Below, in pieces: positions 26,458-36,800 of a stretch of DNA of 64,000 bases (its first letter is position 1; each line of letters opens with the position of its first letter). A program made the position numbers and the translations under genes. The stretch spans positions 1 through 64,000 of the forward strand of contig JAUCBJ010008729.1 of NCBI GenBank assembly GCA_032718475.1, in the 5' to 3' direction. The notes below the pieces were generated by a model. It did no database searches and was not told where the DNA came from. It was given only the letters and a program-made list of their open reading frames with translations. Source of the stretch: Nemertoderma westbladi. Taxonomy: Eukaryota; Animalia; Xenacoelomorpha.

Positions 26458-28654
26458 TGATAAACAACCGCGACCTCTATACTAACAGCAGAACCGTTGA
26501 ACAGACAAATACCCGTATACCTCTCTGCCAACCTAATGACTGTAATGAGCTCTCGCCTAACCAATAACAGAATAAGACACAAAGACTGCACTACTGTTAA
26601 GTAAAGGGGATCAGGAGCGTGATATTACTAAATTGTAAGGGTTGCTAAATACAAAACCGCTACTTATCGTTAGATGGCGCTAATCTGCCGTACGCTAATA
26701 TATTTACTAAATTTACACAACTCCTGCAAAATCGCTTGTTCCTTTCTCTACCGATCGCTCGATAGAGAGCTAACTGTTCGAATCTATGAGCCACGCGGGA
26801 ATAACCAAAACAATAAACCCGAGTCGGCTCCCTAAGCTTACTTAAGACGAGTGCGAGAGGCCTTGCACTCAGAGTATTCTTACGCCTAATTTTATCACTA
26901 TTAAAGCACGCTATTACCTACGTCTTTCTAATCGCGAATACTGGAGGTTCCCTAACGTAATGTGTGAATGCGAGAATATTTAAATATCAAAACGGTACAG
27001 TATCTGTTCCTACGTAAATAACATCACTCCGGGTCTAAAATCGCCTGCAGCTGGCTTTAGACCAGCAAATTACTAGCGTATCGTGCGTACCGAATAGTAC
27101 AATCTAGCTGATTGCCCGCTAATGCAAATAACCGCTCAGCGTGAATAGTTTACAGTACTCTAATTATTACTTTAGCTACTCTCCGCTATGCTGCGTACTA
27201 ATTCTTAATTTTTACTAATTAATTACAGTCACAAATATTTAACAGCGTACTAATTACTAAGAGTTCCAGAATACGTAATTCTAATTTATTACGCAACAAG
27301 TTTCGCTAGTAATAGCCTAAATTTGCCGTATTACTTTGACCTAATCAGTAACCAATTATTGTAACTAAGAAATAGAAATCAATCAAAGAAAAGGGGGGCG
27401 CCTACCTAAACATTCATAATCATAGGCACACTTCAATAACACACCAATCAGCGTTCACAGTTCGCAATTATGCAGTTAACTACTGTATAGTCCACAATTA
27501 TGCGACTCACTATTCGTACTCTACATTTAACGTTATACGCTCTAATACGCTGTAACACGTGCAGGCCTCTCCCGGGTACATATGGGACTCCTAACTAACC
27601 TGATTCCTGCCCCCTAATACTAAATAGAGACGAAACCTGGATCATCAGCCCCCTAATTACTGTACCGGCGATAGGTCTGCCCGTTGCACGCAAGTTGCCC
27701 GACCCCCGCCAGCGTTGCCTGCCTTTGAATCCTCTGCTCTCCCTTAGTCGCTCAACCCCCCGATGTGCCCACCGCCCACTGGCGCCTTAGCCCTCCATTA
27801 TGCTAATAGCTACCGTAGCGGCGCATGCAAATCACAAAGTCTGACAGTCTCAGGAATCCCTTAGGATTATTGCGCAGAAAAGAATCACATAGAACCATTA
27901 ATCAAAAGGTAGAAATCATAGTTCAGTTGTAATTAGCAGTAATCGACAGGAATTAATTGAGAAACACAAGCAAGAGTAATCGCACTAGCAAATCATTCCA
28001 AGAAATTAATCAAATTAGCAAATTGCAGAAAAATACAAGTATCAAGAAAAACAGTAAGACAGGTGCTAGGGCTAGGTGTCATGTGATGATAGGCTCTACC
28101 GGCACACCGCCAATTTATAGGTGATCCAGATGGGGTGATGCAATAGGGTGACTCAATCGCTTTCTTATTGGCTCTCCAGTCCGTGCTAGCACTAGACCAA
28201 CCTGGAAGCAGCTAGTCCAATAAGGAGGCCGGATTGTAGCCCTATTTGCTCCCCTTCCTCGAATTATTACCATATATGGTAATGGTTCACGTCTCTGGCT
28301 GCTGAATGGCCAGGACAGCGTCCCTATATGCTAGCCCTACTAAAGCTAATATCAGCAAGCACGGAATCCAGGGTCCGAATAAACTTACCCTGGAACTATC
28401 TACATATAACCTAATACAAAATTACGTAGGTAGGGCTACATACTATACAAAATGGATGGATTCAAATATATGGGTGTTTCGATTTCCCTATCTAAATACC
28501 ACTGCGTTATTATGCCTTATCTAAAATATCATGCTGCACAACGGACTAATATTACATACAGTATAACGGACTAATATTGCATACTGCATAACGGACTAAT
28601 ATTGCATACTGCATGATGACTAATATTATGGATACAGCGCCATATACCGTAACA
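26458..28654 (-). repeat. 3' LTR of inner element (2197 bp)
   Basis: Near-identical to 43574-45789; about 3 substitutions and 3 small indels by eye. Confidence 0.96.
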
Positions 28655-29530
28655 CCGCTCCAAGGGAAATCATACAATGTTTCCCTCCAATTGTAGAAGA
28701 GTATAAGGTGATGTATACAAAACAAAATAAATTTCTTCCAACCAATCTAAATAACATAATAATTCTACTATTTACAAATATTGCCATAGATATTGCATAA
28801 TGAATTTACATACAAATTAAAATTACAAAATATTGTTTCTCGTTCGTTCTACATAATGATTACTACATACAAAATTAAATTACAAAATATTACTTCCTTT
28901 ATTTACTTACAAATTGACGATCTACATATTGAAATGAAACATGGCTAGGACAATGTCCCCCATTTCCCATCTCAAATTAACAAGCAATATTAACAAGATA
29001 AACTAAATATAAACGTATTTGAGGCTAAATTTTTAACTAAATTGCATTAAAGGCCGATAATCAAATTAAATATAAAATACGTAATAATTTCTTTCATTTT
29101 CGGACTTTACTTAATTTCTTATAAAAAACGCAAATCATCTTGGTTTGATGATTGCTAGGACAAGTGAAAGGAGTAAGCCAAACCCGCAGGTTTGTCTCCC
29201 CAATCACTTCCTTCGCCTCTCTCATAATATAAATTCAAATAATTATGCAACTAGTGTATATGAGTCTAGTCGGATATTTCTAAAATGCTACAATATACAT
29301 CAGAGCGACGATCATGTATATATCTAGAGTCTGTCGCCCTGTGATACGATGCATTAACAACCCGCTCCTGGGTTCTTCGGGCTCGCTCCTCTCTTTCGCC
29401 CTCTGCCCAGATACACCAGTCGTCCTCTAGTCGACTCTGTTGACGGCGTCCGTGAGGCGTCACTCCCCGGAACCGGCGACGACGTTCCCTGAGCCCCGAC
29501 AGACTCCCGGCTCGCACTTCTCCCTCGGCC

Positions 29531-32500
29531 TCATCCCAATTGTCGCGCTCCCGTGGTCGCTTCCGCCAACTCTTCCTTCTGCAGTTGCACACGCGCTTTC
29601 TCAGACGCCCCCTGCGCCTTGCGCTGCAACCGCTGCGCTTCTATAATCGAATGGTAGTGGTCGTCCTTGACTTGACGCTTGTCTTGGACCTCTCCTCCTG
29701 GTTCTTTCCGCGAGCCTCGCGCTCCAGCGGTCGTCGCTGTGGTCGCTGCGATCCTTTGCTCTCGTATCCTCTCAGCGGTCAATGAACCCACTGGCACATG
29801 AGTCAACAAGAATTCGTTGCGGTACTGTATAGCCGCCATCCTCCAATCTCCTCGCGCGCGTACCACCTTTCTAGTCTCCGTAAATACACCCTTCGTAATG
29901 CGATCGCAAATGGCAACGAAGTTCCATGTGTACTTATTGTCCATGTTCAATTGTCTGAAGTACTCTCGAACTACGATAACTCCAGTGTTCTGTGGAAGGT
30001 CTTGAGCAGTTAGGATGAGCTCCTGATATTGTGGTAGCGATTGTAAATATGGCTCGTACGCAACATGCGATGGGTCTACCGCCCAAAACCCATATCCCGC
30101 TTTAAATGGTAACCAACGCATCTGCGCTTGGATATGGTAATCGGCCACACCCTCCCACTTATCTAACATCTCCCGAAGTAGGTTAGCGCTATGGTTTTGA
30201 AAGGAATCATCTCGTAGCTGACATCTTGCGCTACGATGTCCCTTTACCCCGCAATATTCGCATTGAGAAATGAAGACGGTGCACGTATGAAACGAATGGT
30301 CGGTCTCATTACACCAACGGCAGACCTTATGCGCCGCCTCTATTACCGCGTCGCACGACTTTAGATTGTGCCTTGTGCTGCCGCACAATTTGCACCTACG
30401 CGCTTGTGGAAACCAGGCCCTCTCGTATATGAGGTCTCCAATCGGTTTCGCACTTCCTTCTTTCCCAATGTCTAATACGATGTCGTCCTCTCCAGTCAAC
30501 GGTTGTCGATCCGGAACAAAGTAAACATCCTCGCCCTTATCCTCTATCTCCAATATTTCCTCCCGCGTTCGTTTCGGATATGTCTTCTCCACCGGGAGAT
30601 CTACTCCGAACACCTCTACTAAAGTCTCCGGCCAGCCCTCCTTAACAGGTTTATCAGCCTCCGAGTGGAAGGGAGTACCAAACCCGCGGGTTTGATTCCC
30701 GAACCACTTCTCCAAAGCTTCTGGCGTCGGATATTCCATCGACGGTCGGTCTCCCAAATCTCCGATATTCTGTCGATATATTCCTTCGAATATCGCTAAT
30801 CCTCTCCTCACCATCGACGTATTCTCTAACGATTGGTTGAAGAACGGGGTTAAGAAACGCTTCATCACGTCGGATTGGATTCCCCCTTTCGAGCGAACGT
30901 ATTGATCTCCTCCGAATACCAATGGATGACGCTTCAAAACTCGCGCAACGATATCCGCTAATAAACAAGTCACCGTGTTCGACTCAAGCACCAAATAATA
31001 TTGTAGCGACGCACGGGGTGGCGCGCAAATGTTCCAATACACTAACGCTTGCCGCTTGAAGTGGGATTTGAACTCCGCTCCCGGTGGCGTGTTGTATTCG
31101 CCGTACGCCTCCTCGTACTTCTTTTGCGTCTTTAACTTAAAGTCCCAATTATACAACAAGTGTGCTATAAAGCCCATACCAGTCTTGGCAGAGTTGGGAT
31201 ACTCCCTATAAATTCCAATATCCTGTGCCCATAGCAACAATAGCTTGGTGTCGACAAACGGTCTAGGCAATCTATCTTCCAGATCAGTCATGGCGTTGAA
31301 GTCGCTCTCCAAATCGCTCTGGACTCCCGATCCCACCTTGACGTAATCTTGGTTGAGAATAGCCTCTCTAACTTTCTTGGGTAACATCCTGGCGTCGATA
31401 CGCTCCGCTCCGTGCATACCTCCTCGCCTGCATACCTCCAAAATCTGTTCCCTAGGATCCTTTCCCTTCCGATATTGTGTCGTTATGATGGGCTCCGGTC
31501 TCTCTCGATCCGCCCTCACACGCATAAACACATGAGTCACACCATCGGCCGCACGAATCTGAATACACTTGCTGGTCAAGCATTCTTGATGGGACCCTCC
31601 TTCATTGTCGTAGAACATCACCCTCCAATCTTGCAGTGATTCCTCCGTTTTCCTCCACTGACGCTGAATCTCATCTGATGGGGTCCACATGCGCTCGATC
31701 GCCTTGTGGTCATCATATCGGGTATAAGAACCCTTCCTCCTCAGCCACGTCTGGTCTACCTCCTCGTCGTCTGGGAATGTAGCCACCGCGACCCATACCT
31801 TGATGTACTTATCCAACCATCCGAATAACTTACTCTCCTTCCCCGGAGCTCCAATCTTATCCAACGTGTCGTAATCTGTGATCTGCATTGGGACATCACG
31901 CAAGAACTTCGCGCATAAAACTTCCCGTAAACAGTCAACGTTCCAATGGTCCGCCATTCTTACCATCGGCAAGAATCGTATCGCTTCTCGCGACTCCGGA
32001 TGATCTACTAATATCGCAGGTTCGGTGCCGTCGGAATAATACACCGGTCCGGGTTGAGATACGACCTGTGGAACAAATCCGGTCACTCTCCTCGTCTCCT
32101 CTTGATGTCTATCCGCGGTCTTATTATACTCCGCTATCCTGTTCTCAAATAACTCCTTCGCCTTCGCCGCTCGCTCCTCCTGCCGCAACGCGTCTATGTC
32201 GTCCTGATGCTCAGGCGTGAGGCTTCTCACTCGGTGAGGTGAAGTAAACGTAGTCCAGGGACTCGAGAGCTCCAAACCCGCGGGTTTGGTACCCGAGTCC
32301 CGCGCCGCTTCGCGCCGCGCCTCTAGATCCTTGTAGGCTCGGTATAGCGAAATGGCCGCTGCCGTCTCTATCAAACTGGGTGTCGAACAGGGTTTAATCT
32401 CCGTATACGGATCTAATGTCGTAACGGTCGGCGTAATGGGTCTCGGAGGTCGCTTTCCGCTGAAGTCGATACTGATCATCGGGTTGCTCATCGGGTAACC

Positions 32501-33061
32501 TCCCTCGTTATATCTAAGGAATTGGTGAGCTGGACATCGCGTTAATATCGGTTCCGGATGTTGCTCGTCTAATCGGTCGGGAATCGCCACGTCCTGTTTA
32601 TTCATGCATTCACCACACTTGTAGAAGAGCTTGTATACGCTGAAGACTTTCGGCGTCTCCTGATCCTCGCCTCGAGTCCTCCGATACAGATGCATTCCGT
32701 CGAACTGGTCTCGGACTGCAGGTAGAGGCTCCTCATGTCGTAAATACATATTCATATGGTATAGTCGTGCGATTTCCTCGTCCGGATCTGCGCTAATGTC
32801 GCACACGTCCAAAGCAAAGTCGTAGGGATACCGCGTGCGATACTCTTTCCGCAAGACTTCCATCCGGTCCCCCAATGCTCTCATTCTTTCTCTCCGTAAT
32901 TCTTTATCATAACTTGGTTTATACTTCCCGTTCAGCTCCATCACGGACCGCCCATGGTAGTAAACGTTAGAGTCTTTACATCCCGGTCGCGCGAATGGTA
33001 GCTCCGCCTTTTCTCTGGCAGTAAATCCTCTGCGCGGTTGCGCTCTAATATCCCTCTCCAT
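29531..33061 (-). CDS. Accessory protein of inner element, 1176 aa: DEDDy-like (WRN-exo/RNase D/Mut-7 type) 3'-5' exonuclease plus three CCHC zinc knuckles
   Basis: ExoI VMFYDNEG (DNE at 31601-31609); CIQIRAADG..HVF; LPKKVREAILNQDYVKVGSGVQSD (ExoII); FVDT; ExoIII-like LQYYLVLES; knuckles CKLCGSTRHNLKSC, CRWCNETDHSFHTC, CEYCGVKGHRSARC (30221-30394). Confidence 0.8.
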   Translation of the reverse strand: MERDIRAQPRRGFTAREKAELPFARPGCKDSNVYYHGRSVMELNGKYKPSYDKELRRERMRALGDRMEVLRKEYRTRYPYDFALDVCDISADPDEEIARLYHMNMYLRHEEPLPAVRDQFDGMHLYRRTRGEDQETPKVFSVYKLFYKCGECMNKQDVAIPDRLDEQHPEPILTRCPAHQFLRYNEGGYPMSNPMISIDFSGKRPPRPITPTVTTLDPYTEIKPCSTPSLIETAAAISLYRAYKDLEARREAARDSGTKPAGLELSSPWTTFTSPHRVRSLTPEHQDDIDALRQEERAAKAKELFENRIAEYNKTADRHQEETRRVTGFVPQVVSQPGPVYYSDGTEPAILVDHPESREAIRFLPMVRMADHWNVDCLREVLCAKFLRDVPMQITDYDTLDKIGAPGKESKLFGWLDKYIKVWVAVATFPDDEEVDQTWLRRKGSYTRYDDHKAIERMWTPSDEIQRQWRKTEESLQDWRVMFYDNEGGSHQECLTSKCIQIRAADGVTHVFMRVRADRERPEPIITTQYRKGKDPREQILEVCRRGGMHGAERIDARMLPKKVREAILNQDYVKVGSGVQSDLESDFNAMTDLEDRLPRPFVDTKLLLLWAQDIGIYREYPNSAKTGMGFIAHLLYNWDFKLKTQKKYEEAYGEYNTPPGAEFKSHFKRQALVYWNICAPPRASLQYYLVLESNTVTCLLADIVARVLKRHPLVFGGDQYVRSKGGIQSDVMKRFLTPFFNQSLENTSMVRRGLAIFEGIYRQNIGDLGDRPSMEYPTPEALEKWFGNQTRGFGTPFHSEADKPVKEGWPETLVEVFGVDLPVEKTYPKRTREEILEIEDKGEDVYFVPDRQPLTGEDDIVLDIGKEGSAKPIGDLIYERAWFPQARRCKLCGSTRHNLKSCDAVIEAAHKVCRWCNETDHSFHTCTVFISQCEYCGVKGHRSARCQLRDDSFQNHSANLLREMLDKWEGVADYHIQAQMRWLPFKAGYGFWAVDPSHVAYEPYLQSLPQYQELILTAQDLPQNTGVIVVREYFRQLNMDNKYTWNFVAICDRITKGVFTETRKVVRARGDWRMAAIQYRNEFLLTHVPVGSLTAERIREQRIAATTATTAGARGSRKEPGGEVQDKRQVKDDHYHSIIEAQRLQRKAQGASEKARVQLQKEELAEATTGARQLG

Positions 33062-33841
33062 TATATTACGCGTATATACATATATATATATCCCAATAAG
33101 TGCCGTTACGTAACCAACTACACTGTGGGTAAATCAGTTAGATGTCGCCGAAGGACAGACCTCCCGAACCCCCCCCGCCTTCCAGCAGTTCAGGTTCGAC
33201 TCTCTAGATCCCGTCTCTTCCTAACTAACTATCCTCTAACCTATTCCCATGCATAGCGCAAAAACTTTGGAGATAAACTGGCCGTGACCAACTCACTTTT
33301 TGATGCCCAAACTACTCCCATTACTCCTACTAAACTACAGTAGTTAGAAAGGACCATAGTCACAATACTCGACTATACCAAACCCACAGGTTTGATAATC
33401 GAACATCACACATCCTGCAAACTACTGAGTGGGGTCCATGTACGCCTCTGGTGCTACTAACCTTTAGCACCTTAGTTGCACTGTTGGCACCAATCTGTGG
33501 AAGTTGCTAAACTCAATTTACACTCCTACGTAATATAGCCATCACCATGGTTTCTAAATGCTATTTTCCAGGCTTCACGACTTTTACTTTTCAAATTACT
33601 GTTTTCTATAGACGAATTTTTCTATAGACGGAAACTAAAACGCGTCTATACACAGCGTCTGGAATTGTCTTGGGTTCACTTCTAATTTTTAAAATTTTCT
33701 AATTTTCCAAAAATTTTGAAAATAAAATTTTGTTTTGATACCCACTAGACAAAACTCAACGCAAATCACCACAACCCCGCTCCTATGCATTTCCTTGTAT
33801 TTGCATACGAGGAATGCATACGAAGTGAGTTGCGTCCAACA

Positions 33842-36800
33842 CTAACTCTGTTTTGAGGCAGGAGACAAATTATAATCTCCTGTCTTGATACGTGTCTCCT
33901 CTAATAACACAATATCTTGGACCGGTCGGTCCAAGGTGTGTAAACCATTAGTTTTACACTTTTTTGGGTGCGGACACTTGCACCTAATTTTCACAGTGAC
34001 TGTGCGCACTATGTTATGCACGTCTGGGTGTGTGTGCAAGATCACTCCAGTCTCCCAATACTTTCTCTTGACAATGGGTTCGGTTATCAGTACGTAATCT
34101 CCCCTTTGGAGGCTCCGAACCGTTTTGTACCACTTTGTTCTGGTGGATATGGTGGGAAGATAGTATTCCCGCCAATATTCCCAGAATGTGTACGCTACTA
34201 ATTGAGTCACTTTCCAGCTCTTACGACTATATAGGTCGGCACTAATGGGTTCTGATGCCGGCACAAGAAATGCTGGACTCTGCATTAGCAAATGATTCGG
34301 CGTTAATGCAACACCGTCTGGTAACATAGCTATCGGCCTCGAGTTTAGGGTATGCTCGATTTCAATGAAAGCTGTGACCAGTTCGTCGTCGGTAAGTTGT
34401 TTGTTCACAGGCAATGTTTTAGCAATGGCCTGCTTTACAGAGCGAACTAAACGCTCCCAACTTCCTCCTCTCCAAGGACTTTCTGGAGTATTGAATCTCC
34501 ATTCTACTCGTTGCGGCAAAAGTGCTGCAGAAATTTCCTTATTCTGTGCTGCTTTATGAGCCGCGTTCAACTCGCTATTCCCTCCGACAAAGTTTGTACC
34601 CTTATCGGAGTAGAACGCCTTTACTAGTCCTCTCCTGGCCATAAATCTCTTTAAGGCCAGGAGCAGAGATTTGGTCGACATGTCTGCCACACGCTCAATG
34701 TGTATGGCTCTACTCGCCATACATGTCAGTAGCAGACCCCATCGTTTGTGGGTCAGCCGTCCACTCTTTGCTTCAATCGGACCAAAACAATCCACCCCTG
34801 TGTTCGTAAAGGGTGGGTCATATGCATGCACTCTCGCTTCCGGGAGTTCAGCCATCTCCTGTTCCAATACTCTGGCGTTCACTCTCTTGCAAACCAGACA
34901 GGCGTCGTACATGGTGCCTACTGCCCTGCTTGGCTGCAATAGAATGAATCGCTGTCTCGCTGCCGACAAACAGTGTAACTTTCCCGCGTGATGCAACCTC
35001 TTGTGTATATCCCATAGAATCGCTCTTTGCAATTCTGTTGGGTGACTAGGGATTATCACTGGGAACCGAAACTGTGAGTTTATGTCGACAGTCTGGATTC
35101 TCGATCTATGACAAATCAAACCCTTATGGATTAATGGACTCCATTTTCTAAGGGGTTTATAGAGAACTGGTCGTTGAGCCGATAATAGATGGAATTCTTT
35201 GGGGAAGGCACACATTTGATAATGTTTCAAATGCTTTAATTCCGCTTGATCAATCTCATCCTCTGTCAGAGGTTGTTTCAATTTCCGAATTCGCTCACTA
35301 TTGGTGCTCAATGGTTCTCTCAAATGTTTCGAATGTTTTAAACAAAGGTACGAAATGTATCGGCTTAACCACGCAGTTCTTTTACAAATTGTCAGCCAAG
35401 AGGCAGACGAATTTAGTAATTTGTCATAAATACTGCATGACTCTAATGCCAGCGACGGTTGTCCGCTAACCAATGGAAGTTTCGAATCCAAACCCGCAGG
35501 TTTGGAAACCAAAGGCTCCATTGTGTCGGTCATTTTCTGTCCGTCACTTACCAACTGTGACTCCGGTTTAGTCTGTAAGGGTGGTTTTATGTCGTAACTT
35601 ACCCTTCCTGACCTAGTAGTCACGTAAGTCTGTTGGTCTGACAGGTCTCCGGGCCGCTCCAATGACTCTTCAGGCCGCTCCAATGACTCTTCAGGCCGCT
35701 CCAATGACTTAAGTTTGGCTTTAGACTTCGACTTAGAGACTTTCTCCACTTTGACTTCTGCATCTTCAGGCATCGGATTGGTCACTATCTTTAGTCGCTC
35801 TGGCCAATGTTCCTGTGTCCTTGTTAGAAAATCAGGTCCATGCAACCAAAACTCCTGCGACTCTTCCTGACAAAATTCCGCCGGCATTGCACCTCTCGAA
35901 GTTATGTCGGCCGGGTTCAACACTCCCGGACAATGTCTCCATTGTTCCTTCGTCGAAAAGTCAACGATCTGAGCGCGTCTGTTGGCCACAAATGTCTTTA
36001 GTGCAATATTGTCGGCCGCAATGTATACTAACACTAAGGATGCGTCCGTCCAATAGAATAAGGTCAATGTCGTGTCTAATTCCTCTGTTATTTGCTTACT
36101 TACCTCGACTGAAACTACAGCCGCCTGTAACTCTGCACGAGGGACAGTCATGTATTTGACCGGCATTGTCTTTGATCTAGAAGTCACAAAGGCCGTCTCA
36201 AACTTGTCCTGACTTACCTCTCGGCGAAGGTAGGCTACCATACCAAAGCCGGTGTCACTTGCGTCACTAAACATATGCAGTTCGAGATCAGCTGGAAATA
36301 CCAGCTGATTCGGAAAGTAGGAACGGGGTACGTCTATGTTTTTCAATAGATGTAACTCGGCTTCCCACTCTCTCCACTGCTTTGCATGTATAGGAGATAT
36401 TGGTTCGTCCCACTCTACGTCGGACAACCAAATTTTCCTCATGCACGCTCGTGCCTGTAATATAACCGGACTGATAAAGTTCATCGGGTCAAATAGTCTA
36501 CTCAATGTCGATAAGCAAATCCTCTTAGTCAAAACTTTGTCTGGGCTACTGGGCTCAAATCTAACTCTTACCTGGAACTTATCTGAGTTCGGGTTCCAAG
36601 CGAGTCCCAGTACTCGCGCCATGGGGATTGGTTCTACCCCCAATTCTATGTCTCCGCTCCCGCGATCTTTTACCGGGAACGACTCTAATAGGGCCTCCGA
36701 ATTCGTAGTGAACTTGGTCAGAGGAAATCCCCCTGTAGCCAAGCACTCTTGCAGGCCGTGAGCCACTTCTATGGCTTGTTCCGCCGTGTCCTTGGACACC

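Noticed and set aside
27620-27655. CTGATGA on the sense strand of both LTR types (also near 10843) as a hammerhead core
   Set aside because: No stem II followed by GAAA and no compatible stems I/III found by eye.
28306-28524. Identical 72-aa ORF twice (also 45441-45659)
   Set aside because: Simply the duplicated LTR; no recognisable domain.
29531-33061. Envelope gene
   Set aside because: No evident signal peptide or transmembrane anchor; nuclease and knuckle motifs instead.
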